Of a stretch of DNA of 64,000 nucleotides, positions 11,510 through 25,150 are shown piece by piece. The stretch spans positions 98,458,001 to 98,522,000 of the forward strand of contig NC_045696.1 of the NCBI RefSeq assembly GCF_009834535.1. Reading direction: 5' to 3'. Numbering within the stretch: the first letter of the stretch is position 1; each line of letters starts with the position of its first letter. The notes below the pieces were generated by a model. The model worked only from the letters and a program-made list of their open reading frames with translations, had not been told where the DNA came from and made no database searches. The stretch comes from Camelus ferus (Eukaryota). The translations under genes were made by a program, and so were the position numbers.

Positions 11510-14100
11510 TGTTTTTAAACAGGTTTCATTGAGATATAATTAACACAAAAATTCACCCATTTAAAATGTGCAATTCAGTGTGTTAAAATATATTCACATG
11601 GTTGTGCAGCAGTCACCACAATTTAATTTTCACCGCTCCTAAAAGAAGCCTCATACCTCCGGCCTTAAGCTATCGATCTCTGTCTCCCCTGCCCCTTTCT
11701 CCCTCAACTCCTGAGAAACCATTCATTTACTTTTTATCTCTGTGGATTTGCTTATTCTACATATTTCAAAGAAATTAAATCCCATATGATATGTACCTTT
11801 TGTGATTTGACTCTTGTACTTAGCAAAACGCTTTCAGGGTTCAGTGATGTGGTAGCATATGTCAGTACTTCATTTCTTTTTATTTTTGAATAGTGTACAT
11901 TGTGTGGCCATCGTACATCTTAGTTGTACGTTCAGAAGTTGATGAACATGTGGATCGTTTTTTACTGTTAGGAAATGCTGCTATGAATACTAGTGTGTAA
12001 GTGAAAGACACCTACAAAATGAGGTGACACAATGTCTTTTTTATATGGACATGTGTTTTCATTTCTTTTGGGTGTATACCTGGGAGTAAAATCATTGGAT
12101 AAAAAGGTTGTTCTGTGTTTAACATTTTGAGGAACAGTCAACTTTTTGCAAAACTGCTACACAATTGTACATTCCCACTAAGGAAGCAGGAGGGTTGTAC
12201 TTTCTCTGTACCCTTGTCAATGCTTGTTATCATATTTTTGATTGTAGACATCCAATGGGCATGAAAAGATGTCTCTTTGTGGCTTCGATTTGCATTTTTG
12301 GATGACTAAAGATTGTTGAGCATTTTTTCATGTATGCATTGGCCATTTGTATATCTTCTTTAGAGAAATGTCTATTCAAGTCTTTGCTCATTTTTGGATT
12401 GGGTTGTTTGGTTTTTTTTGTTGTTGAGTTTTAAGCATTCTTTATATCTTCTAGATGTTAAACTATTATTGGATATATGACTTTTAAAAAATTTCTCTCA
12501 TTTTGTAGGTGTCTTTCACTTACTTAATAATGCCCTTTGATGAGCAAAAGTTTTTAGTTTTAATAAAGTCCAACTTACCTATTTTTTCTTTTGTTGCTTG
12601 TGCTGTTAGTGTCATATTTAAGAATCCTCTGTCAAATCCAAGCTTATGAAGATTTACCCCTGTGTTTTCTTTTACTATTTTTATGGTTTTAGTTTTTATA
12701 TTTAGGCCATTGATCCATTTTGAGTTAATTTTTGTTTATGATTTGGGGCAGGGGTCCCACTTTATTCTTTTGCATGTAGAAATCCAGTTTTTTACTACCG
12801 CCTGTTGAAGAGACAGTTCTTTCCCTGTTGAATGAAGTTGGTGCCCTTGTCAAAATTCAGTTACCCATAGATATATGGGATTATTTCTGGACTCTTGATT
12901 TTGTTCCGTAGGTCTGTATTATATCTGTCTGTATGCTAGAAGCCACACTTTTGATTACTGAGTCATTGCAGTCTGGACCACTTGCATCCCATATGAATTT
13001 TAGGATCAATTTTTCTATTTCTGGAAAAAGGCTATTAGAATTTTGGTAAGAATTGCATTGAATCTGTGGATTGCTGGCTAATTTTGCATTGTATTCGGGC
13101 ATTTGGTATGTTGTATTATATGAGATTCTGAGTCTGTTCAGTTACTGTGGAGGTTGCTGAAAGTGTGTGTGCGTGTTTCATCAGTTGATAGACCTGGACA
13201 GGTTTAGGCTGAAAGTTCCCAACTACCTGTGAGCTATGGTTCTGAGCTGATTCATTGTTCAGAGTTTGCAGTGCTAATTAGCTCTGCCATCCAGAGACCA
13301 GTCTGAGACCTTCTGGGTGGTCTACCAAGAGGTCAGTCCTCAGAGCCTTTGCTGTGCTGTTTAGGATCACATTCATGTATGTGTGGCTGCGGTCACACTC
13401 AACTTTATAACATCACTTTCTTGAATTCCCTCCTCATGGAGTCTCATTGACACTTCCCGGCTCTCAGAGGCTCCCACCCTTCTCTTCTGTCCAGAAAGCT
13501 AGGGCATTAGTTTCCCTGCTCAGCTGTGTACTGCCCACAGTTGTGTCTACCTCTGAGTTCACACAGCAGGGCTAGAGAGAGAGAGAAGAACTGAGATAGT
13601 CTCCCATGTTCTCAGGATTCCAGTTTCTGTCTCCAGAAGGAATGGTTCCTTTCCCTCAGCATTCTGGTGCCTGCCCAGCTGCTGCTGCTGCCCAGCCCTG
13701 TCACCACTGCCATGGGATTGCCTGGGACTAGAATGGAGAATGGAAAAACAAAAACAGTGAATTTTCCCACGCTCTGACTCTGTGAGCTCCCTGCCCTGAT
13801 GTCCAGACCAGAAATAAAAGTCTCTTCTTAGAGCATTTTCTGCCTTCTCCCAGATTGAAATTTCAGCTTTGTGCTGCTTTTCAGTTCAGACTGGGAGATA
13901 CTGGAGAGAAAAATACAAAAAATGCACCCTTCAATTGGTCTTACTTTGAGTTCTGGTTTCCTTTCCTATTCTATCTGCTACCATTTAACTTTTCAGAGTC
14001 TTCAGATAGCTGTTGAATGCGTCTGTCTAGGTTTTAGTTGTATTCAGTAGGAGAGACAGGATGAAGTGCGTCACTTTTATCAGAACTGGCACCGGAACTT
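11510..14100 (-). mobile_element. Old L1 (L1MB/MC-type): 3' UTR plus ORF2 C-terminus (11510-~13110) adjoining a 5' UTR-like segment (~13110-14100)
   Basis: Reverse L1 3' end (tttcattgagatataattaacacaaaaattcacccatttaaaatgtgcaattcagtg); ORF 12881-13102 has IEKLILKFIW; ends cagaactggcaccggaac like a reverse L1M 5' start. Confidence 0.85.
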
Positions 14101-17089
14101 TAAATGCATATGGAAAATATTATATTAAAATAGACTATTTCTTACTTCCATCTATTTCATTTACTTGATTTCCCTCCATATATTTTTAAGTTTCTGTTTT
14201 CTAAACCATTCTAGGCAAATGGCACAAATTCTTTTTGAATCTGAAAAAAAAAATTCCTTTTAGAACAACATTCCTGACCCTCTGAGGGTATTTAACCTCA
14301 TGCTTTCTTTATCTTATCACCAGGAGTTGCTTCTTTATATCATTCCACCAGATTTTAAGTCTATTTTCTCTAGTTCTACCTGGGGTATATCATATCATTT
14401 TCTACATAAGTTGTTAGATGAATATTTAGAGGAATTTGGAATTTTAATTGAATATATCTGTCTAAATAAAAATTCTTGTAGGTATATACACACATTTAAG
14501 AACAATAACACAATAAGAGGAATAAAAGGAAAATTTGAATGTCTCCCTCCCATTATAGCAGCAGATTAAACCCCCACCTGTCTGATATACATATATGGTC
14601 CATAGAGTTTGCTGAGTCTGTGCTTCAAAATAACATACATATGCAGAAGGCTAATTTTTAGATAAATTTTTACTTCCAATTGACTTGACATATGTCCTAG
14701 AATTTTTTTTCTCTCTAATCTTATGGTCATCACAATTCATTATGTAACTTATTAATAAGGAGACTAGACAAGTTCAGACTGAACCTGTCAAGTGAGTGTA
14801 GAATCTGAAGGGTGAAAGTAGAAGTACAGGACGTGACCTCAGCCTGGGGAAGAATTGTATGTGCCTGACCTTGTGTGAATTTAAGAAACTAAACTGATTT
14901 ATAAATAAGCTAGTCAGGGTAGAGGTAAAGATTTTTCAGAATCTGACATGAAAAAAACAAAACAAGGGTTATGTTCCCCTCAGGTGAATCTTTCTGTGGT
15001 AGGCTATAACAAAGCAATAAAGAAATCGACAATACTTGCATACCCAGTGGACTATTTAAATATTACTGTGAGAGAGAACAAAAGACTTCAAAATTCCCTA
15101 GCTCTCTTGTTTAAATCTATATGGGAATACAGATTTAGAGCTAAATGGAGCACAGTCACACAGGGAGCCTCTGGAGGCTACAAGGACTATGAATATTGAT
15201 GGGAATTCACTTCTGTGTTGTGCTCTGAACAAATGACAACACAGTAGTAAACAACTATTTCCTTGGAGATGCAAATAGATTCCATAGGCTGTGAACTGAG
15301 ACTCGTTCCCACTCAGATCTCATTCAAAGCAAACAGTGTATTTAGAAGGGGACACATACCCTGACAATTAGACTGGGTATGGCAAGCCAGAAACAAAGGA
15401 ACAGAATTAGTTCCAACTCATCATAACTAGAAACAAGGCTTTTTCTCTCTCTCTCTCTCACCAAGTAGCCTAGAGATGGCATTATTTTTGTTTCACACTT
15501 TTAGAAATAACTTACTTATTCTAGGAAATTTGCTGTTGAGTATTTAGCGAGATTTTGCTGGATCAGAATTCTATGAATGCTGCCCTTCAGGGAGATACAG
15601 TCTCTTCTGGAAGACGGTTGCTCATATTTTTACTCGTGTTACAAAGCTCTGTTTTCCAAATGGCAAAGTTTCTCTCTGGAGTCTGCAAAGGTTCGAAAGT
15701 GACCTTTCATATGACAAAATGCCATGAGGAGAGAAGGGGGGAAGTACAAAATTAGAATAGTTGATGAAAACTCTGAAAATGTTATTCTGAAGAGAAAACT
15801 AGAATCCTTCCTTCCTTTTGGAGGAGAAAAGCAGCAAGGGCTGTCAGATAGAAATTTGGAGAAGGAAAAATATATTTAACCTGAAGGAAAAATACACTCA
15901 GTCTGAACAAACCATCAGAAATAATGGGGTTGAACAGTAAAATTGTCCTCGTAGAACTTAGCATGATGTCTGTAAATAATTACTTAAAAGCATTAGCTTA
16001 AAGAACAACCATCTTTAAAGGGCAAGTAAAATTTAGATTATTTCCAAAACAGATAAAAGAAGTAAATTTGTGTATGGCTACTACATGGAAAAACAGTCTC
16101 AAAGTCTATTTTGGAAAAGCTGTAGATTTTCTGATAACAGGCCACATATTATTCTTTGTGTTTCTAGGATGCAGGTTGAGCTGTAAATACAGAGACAAAC
16201 CAAGAGTCTGTCTACAAAGCAAGTGCTAAGGTATCAGCCTACAGGGGTGCTCAGATGTCACTGGAATGCAATAGGATGGAAAAGAATGTACTTTACTGAC
16301 TTCCTCTTAGGAAGACCATTGCATTCTGTTAGAAGAGATTCCTTGGTTTGTCCTTGGGGTGGGCAAGCTAGATCTCAATGAATATGCTCAAGTGATAATC
16401 AATGACTAGGAAATTGCCTTCTAAGGAGAATTTTTTAAATTGTAGGGCTTTAGTGTTCCCCAGAGGAAGGTACAGATTTGCCAGAGAGCAGAGTGACAGA
16501 GGAGCAAGTGCCAGATGACGAGGAGTCTGAGCTCTGCCACCAGGAACCCTCTCTGTTTCCTTCTGTCTTGACACTCAGTCTCCTCTCTAAATAAATATTT
16601 TAAATATTTACATAATATCTGTTAAAAGGGGCAGCGAATCTTTAGCCTCCTTGGGGCACCTACATGATTCAGTCCAGATCTGCTAGTATATCGCTCTCTT
16701 AGTTGCTGTGCACATATTGATGCTAATTCTTTCCCTCCTTGTTAGAGGATATTTCTGCTAACAGGAAGGAAGAAAACTTAATCATTTCTTTACCCACATG
16801 TTTGAGAATTCGGGACTAGATTTTGCAAATTCTGTTGGAGACTATCCATTTTGTCCACTTTTCTTGAAACATTACCCTATACCCTCTCGCCACAAAGCGG
16901 GCTGTCTTTGGGTGCCCCTGCTCCCCTCGTCCCTGCACTTCTAGCAGACGTGTCATGCAGAGCTGCGCTCAGATGTGCCCGGCCTCCCACGTCGCACCCT
17001 CTCAGTGCCTTTCCAAGGTAGCTGAGTCCGAATGAGCTGAGGATACAGGCCAGTTCTTTTTATCCCCAGCAAGCTGACCCAGTTATGGC

Positions 17090-17400
17090 CCCATTTTCTC
17101 TAACCATCATTAGAAGATGTAAGTCTCTTGGATCATCCATTTTCTCTTCACTTTTCTCAATCCACTGTTCTCCACAGGTCAACTCCCAAAACTTCAAATG
17201 CACTCTCTGGGAAACTTCTGTGCTTTGATCATTAGACGCCCATTCATCCTCAATCACCTCACTGATGCTTCCCAACCATGCCTGCCCCTGGATCTTCCTT
17301 GAGGAAATCATCTTCCTTGCAGTGCTCATCAGTGGAAGGAAAGCTGTCATTCTCTCAGACTCTTATTTACATTTCTGGTCTGTGTTTTGGGTCCATGGCC
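17090..17400 (+). mobile_element. L2 endonuclease relic
   Basis: Colinear degenerate LGDFN (ctgggaaacttc), HGHTLDL (aaccatgcctgcccctggatctt) and LSDH (ctctcagactct) motifs. Confidence 0.5.
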
Positions 17401-17439
17401 AGAGGATGCTGGTTGTCCCTGGTTATTCATTCTCCTTTC

Positions 17440-17700
17440 TTCTGTGGTAATCACATGCCCAATTTTTAGCTGAGTCATAATCATCTTGAATTAAGGATAT
17501 TTCCCCAAGTCCTTTACAAGTTGGCTGGCATGTGACTAAATTCTGATTAATGAGATATCAGCAGAAATAGTGCATGTAACTTCCTCAAGTACCTTTCAAG
17601 GGGAGGGGACAAGCCCTTCTCCTCATTCCTCCTTCCTATTAGCTGGATGGTGGAGCTGGAACAACTGCGATTTGAGGAGTGGAGGCCACAGATTAGTACA
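17440..17700 (+). mobile_element. MaLR LTR fragment (MLT1I/J-like)
   Basis: ggcatgtgactaaattctgattaatgagatatcagcagaaatag...ttccttcctattagctggatgg. Confidence 0.65.
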
Positions 17701-18159
17701 TCACACTAATACCTATTGCCCTGCACAGAGCATAAACAATAAGTATTTATGGATTGATCAGTTGGACTATAATTTTTTTATTTAAAAATATACAATTTTT
17801 ATTTTGAAGAAATACAGATTATCTATTCAATTTTTATCCAATTCTGAAGCAATTTCTATAGCATCCTGACAAGTGTTTGCTAAGCTTTCTTTAAAATCTG
17901 CTTAGCAAGGCACTCACTACTTCATGATACAATTTATTAAAACATTTATTTTTATATTCATAAGGTTATCACAGTGGCACTCTGGAAGGACGGAAGTAAA
18001 CACATAGACGCAAAGTCCATCTTGAACCTGGAGGTCCTATAAATTTTGAATCTCTCTTAATGTTAACACTTCTTTGTAACAAATTGAGATTTGTCTCCCC
18101 ATTAACTCCTCCATTTTGGTTCTTAGCTGAGTTTGGAGATGAAGAGACCAGGTTAGTAA

Positions 18160-18395
18160 AGAGAGCTTGTTTGGCAAATTGAGGAACACATGCCCTCTCT
18201 AAAGGAGGTGATTTTCACTCAGCTCCAGCCAACTGTATAATCCAGGAAATTGCTCTTTTATCCTGCCCGAAAGCTTTATTTATCCTCAGTTTTAGAATGA
18301 GTTTCAGTAAAAAACAAAAATTAACATCAATAGGACAATCACAACATACCTGCATGCTCTGTCTGGCCTAAAGTTCCCCAGAATGTGACCACTAT
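18160..18395. mobile_element. MER102-like hAT-Charlie relic
   Basis: acatgccctctctaaaggaggtgattttcactcagctccagccaactg. Confidence 0.65.
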
Positions 18396-19884
18396 GTTAG
18401 ACTGACGTGGTTTAAGAATAACCCCTCCCCTCTGGACCCTTTTTGTATCAACAACTTTGTTATGCCTTATAGCTGAAAAATGGTAAGAAAAAAATTTGAG
18501 AACAGGAAAACCAGGAACTGGGGAGACTCAGCATCTCCTAGTGCCTCTTTGTGAGAGACAGTGAAATTGTGTGTTGACGTGGAAAATTCCATCACAGTAG
18601 GGCTGGGGCTGATAGGAAAAGTGATGGGTCTTTCATATCTGTACATGGTTCCCATCTTTGTATGGCTTTAATCATCAACAGAGCTTTTTCAAAGGCAGAG
18701 CATCAGTAGTGTGCAAGCCTGTGGGAACTCCCTCCTGCTAAGAACAATCACGAACCCTGTCTGTTTACTGTTATTCAAGCACCCATGAATCCCTATTACT
18801 TCTGTTGTCCTGCCTAAGTTTTCCTTGTGTTTGTAAAGCTATCTTGAGACAGTATCACTTTTTTTTTTAACTAAAATTCAATTATATAATATTTCTTTTG
18901 ATTGCCTCCACTTTTTGGCTTCCTTTAGCTAACAAAATTTCCTGAAGTGCTCACAGCCTGGTGTTCAACTCTTCATTCTAGAATTATGCTGTGAATCAAC
19001 CTCTAAATTGCTAGTTAGTAGTTTCTGGAATCTATCTTTTTTTCATGTTAAAAATTTGAAGTATTTCCTTATTCCATATTTCTGGAATTTGTCATATTTG
19101 TCACAGTTCAGTAATTACTAACAGATGGCGCCATGATTTTGTGTGTAGATTTTGTTTCCTGGGGTGCAATTAGTTAGAACCCAGGATCTTAAAGTTGTTT
19201 AAAACAGCCCAATGCTCTTGTATTATTTTGACTTTTTCTTTGCTTGTTTGTTCACCAAATATTTATGTAAACCTGAAGTGTTTGGGCTCAACGCTGGGGA
19301 TGGAACTGTAATAACTAGATATAGATTTTGCTTTCTAAGACTTTGTCTTGTAACAATAATAGTTAAAGGAATTGAGTGTTGTGTGTGTACAAGGACTACA
19401 CATCAGATGTTTGCCTCCTAAATATTCATTTTTTCCTTATAGTATCATGGGGCTGATGCCATTCACTTTATAGAAGGGGCTGCTGAACAGGGAACCTAAG
19501 GAGTATTGAAGACTTCACAAGTCTTAGGTAGAAGTATCACTATTTAAATATAAAGTTTGTATTCACATCAGGTTATAATTCTGGCTCATTAGCCTTAACT
19601 TAATTTGAAATTCTGTTTCCTGTTAATCCAGTTGACTGTGCCGGGTTTTGTTTTAAGGTCATTCTTCTTAATAAAAAAGCCAGAAACAAAATAGCATTCA
19701 GAAGTAGTGCTTATTTTCTATCACACCCAGATGTATCCTAATTCCATCAGTGCACATGTATGACTGTGCAATACTGATAGAAGTATAATATTACATCACC
19801 TTCTTCCAATCCTGGGGAACGTTCTTTTCCTCCTCCTTTTTCTGAAAGTGTTAAGCATACTTGTAAATAGCCTTTATGTTGTTT

Positions 19885-20215
19885 TTGAGACAGAAAGTAG
19901 AATGATGATTATCGGGGGAGGTGGGGGAAATGGAGCAATATTGGTCAAAGGGTATAAAGATGCGGTGACTTAGGATGAATAAATCTAAAGATCTGATGTA
20001 CAGCATGATGACTACAGTTAATAATACTGTATTGAATACTGGAAATTTAATAAGAGAGTAGATTCCAGGTGCTCTCCTCAGACACTCAAAAAATGGTAAT
20101 TATGTGAGGAGATAATTAGCTTGACTATAGTGATTATTTCACTGTGTATATGTATATCAAGTCATCATTTGCAGACCTTAAATATATACAATTTTTATTA
20201 AAAAAAAAGAAAAAG
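19885..20215 (+). mobile_element. L1MA8/9-like 3' end with A tail
   Basis: gatctgatgtacagcatgatgactacagttaataatactgtattg...aaatatatacaatttttattaaaaaaaaag. Confidence 0.85.
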
Positions 20216-21289
20216 AATGCCTTCTTCCCCTGTGTTTTATCCTTATTAGGATGGTACACAGCTATTACCCTTTTCTCTCTAACTGAAATATCTTGTCTTT
20301 CAGTATATTTGATAATAACAGTAATTCTTCCCATCCCCTACATTTCTGGAAATCAATTTTTCTTAAGTCCAAGATGCATGTGAGACCAGGTCTTGGGTTC
20401 TCTTCCTTGACTAAAGTGACAGGCTATTTTTTTCTTCTAAGCTTCCTGCCACTCTAATTCATCAATAAATTATTTTGATAATAATTAATTCTGGAGCAGA
20501 TATAACCTTTGTTACTTCCACCGCCTCACTGGACATGAAAAGTTAGCAAGATAACTTAATAACATTTGCTTTGCTTTGATCAGTGTAAGATTTCCAGCCA
20601 AATCTAAAGAGACGAAATTGCCCAACTCCTGGTAGGCATCTTTGCTAATAAAATACAGCCTGTATCAGAAAACATATTTTATTCTCCCAGCCTGCTCAGT
20701 GGTCAGTAGCAGCCAAAAATATTCTCAATGAAATAGACATTGTTCTTTACTTAGAGTCAGGAGACCAGTGTCCAAGTCTTGATAATAATTTCTTCTTAGT
20801 AGCACCGTCACCTTTTAGAAGTAACTGATCTTCTCTACATCTTTTCTTTCTATAAAATGGGATCAAATGGAATAATGTGAAAGAGGTATCTTAAAAATAT
20901 TATAGTCACTAGTAAAATAAAAAATAATAACAGACACTCTTGTATATTTCACCACTTTTGGTGTCCTAATCTAACTGAGTATCTACCAAGCAGACTCAGA
21001 TAGACCTTAGGTGGTCATTTGTTTTGTTTGTTTTGGCTTCAGATTAAAAACTAACTTTAATGAATACTCCAAATCTTTATTTTTTTCCAACAAAAGTCAT
21101 AGTCAAGATATGCTGGTGTGCATTTTTATTTGTTACAATTTAGTATGACATGTTATTTTACTAATTGAAAGATTATGTAAATGCCCTGCTGGTACTGATG
21201 GAATAATTGTCATGACAGATTGATTCCCAGGGGACTCAATCATTATGTAGACCCTGTTGCTCTATAAAATTCTTTCAAATATTTATTTA

Positions 21290-21520
21290 AAAGAGGATAG
21301 TTTATAATCTTGTATACCTTGGCATCACACTAACCTGCATTTGAATTTTGGCTCTGAAAAATACTGGCTGTGTAATCTTAGGCAAGAAGTAGTTTTAATT
21401 CTCCAAGTCTCAGTTAATTCATATAAAAAGTGGTGATAAAAATCTTTACTTGCTACCTGTGAAGAATAAATACACTATTGTAAGATATTGTGCTAAAAAG
21501 TGCATTATCTGCTGTTAATT
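21290..21520 (+). mobile_element. MIR SINE
   Basis: ttgaattttggctctg...ggctgtgtaatcttaggcaag...tctcagtt. Confidence 0.65.
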
Positions 21521-21574
21521 ACTATACTTATTCTTAAAATATATGCCACTGTACACCACTATAAAGTTAGGAGT

Positions 21575-21675
21575 CCATCTACGGTTATATGATTGTGTTG
21601 AACAACTCCAGGGGGTGACATTTCCATAGCTTTCCATGTAAGTGGCATGCCCTGTAGTGGTTCAAAGACTTGGCT
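21575..21675. mobile_element. MER91-like palindromic hAT-Tip100 MITE
   Basis: acaactccagggggtgacatttccatag...atgtaagtggcatgccctgtagtggtt, an imperfect inverted repeat as in MER91. Confidence 0.65.
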
Positions 21676-23909
21676 TTGAACTTAAGTTCATTACTTCATG
21701 GTCTCCAGGTTCTACTAATAAAAAACAAACAAACAAACAAAGAACCTGACACTAGTGCTAAATGATGGGGAAACAAAAACAAATAGGACACCATGCCTTT
21801 TCCAATACAGCATATAATTTAATAAAAATTTTAGAATATTATGCTAGAGAAAAAACAGAATTAAGGCCCTTTGCTTTGTAGACAGCTCCTTAGCGCACAT
21901 TAGGGGTTGTCGCCTTCTCTGTGCATTGTAGAGTGGGATCTCGGGGAAGCTTCGTGCCACACCCCACGACTTGAAGAGCTAAACTCAGGCAGAAATCGGG
22001 TTTCCTTATTAGCAAGGTGCCTTTGTGTAAAGCATGACCTGCATCGCTGTACTCGGAGACTGAATTGAAGCTTATACCATTGTTTTCGGATTTGCTGTCA
22101 CAGAAGATCCAGTGATGCCAGTGAAACCTCAAAGTTTGGCATTATTTGTCTAAAGCCAAGTGACCATGTCTTGGTTCATTGTTGCAGTCAATGAAATATT
22201 AATCTTGGCATTTAAAATAATTGAGCAGCAATTAAAAGTTTTACTATACTGTTTAGAGAAAATGCCAAAAGGGATGGCATTCATGCAACAGAATGCATAC
22301 AACAGAACTTCTTAATTTTGTGTGTGTGTGTCTTTCTCTTTCAATATCTCATACCCACAGGTGGGTGGGAGAGGAGGAAATATGTTTCTTCTCATCCCAT
22401 TAGTATATCATCAGATTTTTATAATAATTGGTTTTATTTACAGGTAAAATGAAGATGAAGAATGTTCTAACAGTCTGATATTTAAGAAAAAATTCTCATT
22501 TGCAGACATCATTGAAGTCCCATAGAGTTGGTGAGTTAAACTGGCATATTTCCTTCTTATCTAATACTGGCTAAAGTTAGTGGTACTGTATTATAAATTA
22601 CTTGTTGCCCACAAGTCTTGTGAAATATACCACAAACTAAAGTTTAAATAAAACAAACTGCTGTACTTTCTTTTGACTCCTAACCCTAAAAGCTCATGAA
22701 AAATATATACACTTCAGGATAGGGAACAGATAATTAAAGGTTGCCTATGATTCTGAAGCTGAGCGTGTTCAGTCCGGGTAATTACACCAAATCAGGCAGA
22801 AACACTATTATCAGCTGTTAAATGCTATTGTACCGCTAGGCTTTTTACCTTTGTTTTTCCACTTGAGATGAGACATGACACCTTAATTGAATATATCCTC
22901 AAGTTGATGACAAATTTTAAAATATACAAAAGTACTTTCCCCCTACTGAGGACTCAAGAACAGTTCTAAAAGTAGCTGAAGCCAATCTCAAAGTCTACAG
23001 ATAACGATGTATTTCACCTGATGTTTCTGAAGTCTCTTCTGGTGGGGCACTAAATACCTTTATAATTATAATTCACAGTTTAAGCTCTTAAAATATGCTT
23101 TTTGAATCGGCTTTTTACTTCTTTTATTCACTCACTGCTCTATTTGAGTGAGGCTAGTCTGAAAACCAGATTGAGAAGCACGTCATTGTAGAATTCGTAA
23201 GTTCACGAGGACTTGTTTTGCCCAACACCCCAGTTTGCAGATAAGGACAATGAAACGTGTAGAATTTAGTAGCCTGAGAAAAGTCAGCAAGCTCACCTGT
23301 GGCCTGTCAAGAATTGATACCCAATGCCCAGTGTGCTTTTCAACTCTAGAATGCTCTCAGGAGTTTCAGGGTTCAGAGCTCAAGCTGATGTCAGCACTTT
23401 GACAAGAGTGAAGTCAGGGAGCACTATTCAAACTGTATTTTATAATGTCCATCACTTAAACTTCAATAGTTGGGATAATCTAGCAAGATTTAGAGAGAGA
23501 AAAATTGTGACACAAAGATATATATGTATATATAGATACAATATACGGATAGATATGATATAAATACACATTTATATCTGTGTTCCAAAAGTATTTTTTG
23601 ACTAATAGGATATGCCTTCTTCCCCCTTGTATTTGACTGTCAGTATAGATATAGAAAAGACAGAGCTCAGGAGAGGCAGTGCAAACTGCTCTTACAATTA
23701 TTCTCCTTCTGTATTTAATATTTTAAAAATCTTTAACATTTAAAAAACTTTGATATTAGATCAGTTCTTTCTTCAAGGCTCTTCATTCAAAAGATTTGGA
23801 AATAATTATTTAGATAGAATACAACATAAAAAATCATGTATTTGTTGTTTCATTCATTGATTTTTATTATATATATATAAAAAATATATATAAAGTAAAA
23901 TATATATAT

Positions 23910-24290
23910 ATGACAAGTTTCAGAACCATGTAGGGTATTCCAGATACAACACTGGTTTGGGAAAAATTTCATCATTTTCGAGTTTATACTTATTTAACTT
24001 GAGTGATGTCGGGACATCCAGCTGAAATGGACTAATAGGCAGGGAGAAGTCTGGCTTATAATCTCATAAATTCTAGTTAGTCATTTAGATTGTGCAAGTT
24101 TCCCAAGGGACAGTTAAGCAAAAAGAAGGACAAAGGATCAAGAACTAAACCTTAGAAGGTTCTCATGTTTAAAAAAGAAGATTAAAAACTGAGAAATCAG
24201 AACAAGAAGCAGAGGAGTTGAAAGGGAAGAAGAAAATCAAGGTAATTCAGTGTTTCAGAAGTCAATGCAGAAAAGCAGTCTTGGAGAGTC
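23910..24290 (-). mobile_element. L2 fragment
   Basis: ttgagtgatgtcgggacatccagctgaaatggactaataggcag...ggatcaagaactaaacctt. Confidence 0.6.
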
Positions 24291-24909
24291 TGCCCTTCAT
24301 GGAGCTTCAAATACTGACAGTGGGGTGGGTTGCAAAGGAGCCAGTTCAGAAGGATATCTGAGAGTCATGTGGACCTCCACCTCTTTGTGACACTTGACAG
24401 TTGTGAACTGCTCTCTGGTCTGAGCCCATCTTCAAAGTTCTGGAGTCATTCAGGGTTGAAAAAAAGTATCATAAATACATTCTTAAAAGTGATTTACCCT
24501 AGAGGGCTGTAGACAGTTATTCTAGGATAAATATTGAACATTAAAATCATTGTAGAATATATATTTTATTTTTTAATACTTACCCTTCTCTGGACTCATC
24601 ATTTTCCTAATCGACGCACTGACTTTTCCAGTCTGGTTTCTTCTTTTCTGTTCTACTGCTGCGGTGCTGTGAAGCTTGTGTGCGGGTTTTCCTCCTAGGT
24701 TTTCGGAACTCAGTTAGCCTGGGCATCATGGTCTTTACTTCATTTTAAGGGAAAGAAGTGGATACAAAACAAGCTTAGTGCTTTTCCAAAAAAACAAAAA
24801 CAAAAACAAAAAACAGCTAACTGGCTTCAGAGACTGGAGTAAAGTTTCCAGACTGGATTATGAGTACCTGTGATTTCTGTTGTTTTAAGTTTATATTTAT
24901 GCTATATGA

Positions 24910-25150
24910 AGGACAGAGACATTTTAATGTTAGGCAACAACAGCTAGATCTCAGCTATACTCTTTTACCTTAGATAAGTCACTTCACCCTTCAGCACCTC
25001 ATTTTTCTCATATATAGAATAAGCATAATAGTACATTTTTTCATAGGGCTATTGTCAAGATTAAACAAGCAAATACACATAAACTCATAGAACAGTATCC
25101 TCAAGTAGCAAGCAGTCAATATATGTTAGCTATATTGCTGTTGTTGTTAT
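24910..25150 (+). mobile_element. MIR SINE
   Basis: ccttagataagtcacttcacccttcagcacctcatttttctcatatatagaat...agcagtcaatatatgttagctat. Confidence 0.75.

Larger units (their letters stand above)
17840..20720 (-). mobile_element. L3/CR1 LINE relic, interrupted by MER102, an L2-like piece and L1
   Basis: Colinear reverse-L3 blocks: cactcactacttca (~17910), tgagatttgtctccccattaactcctccattttggttcttag (~18090), ggggtgcaattagttagaacccaggatcttaaagttgtttaaaacagc (~19160). Right boundary approximate. Confidence 0.6.

Noticed and set aside
17060..17350. 96-aa ORF initially resembling CR1 RT
   Set aside because: Better explained as the antisense shadow of a plus-strand L2 endonuclease relic.
16208..21885. 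15-mer ctgtctacaaagcaa present in inverted orientation at ~16208 and ~21871
   Set aside because: A few 15-nt matches are expected by chance in 64 kb on both strands; no TSD or other element features.
22444..22530. Plus-strand AG/GT-bounded segment (tttacag|...TTG|gtgagt)
   Set aside because: Stops in all three frames; at most a non-coding exon, with no further support.
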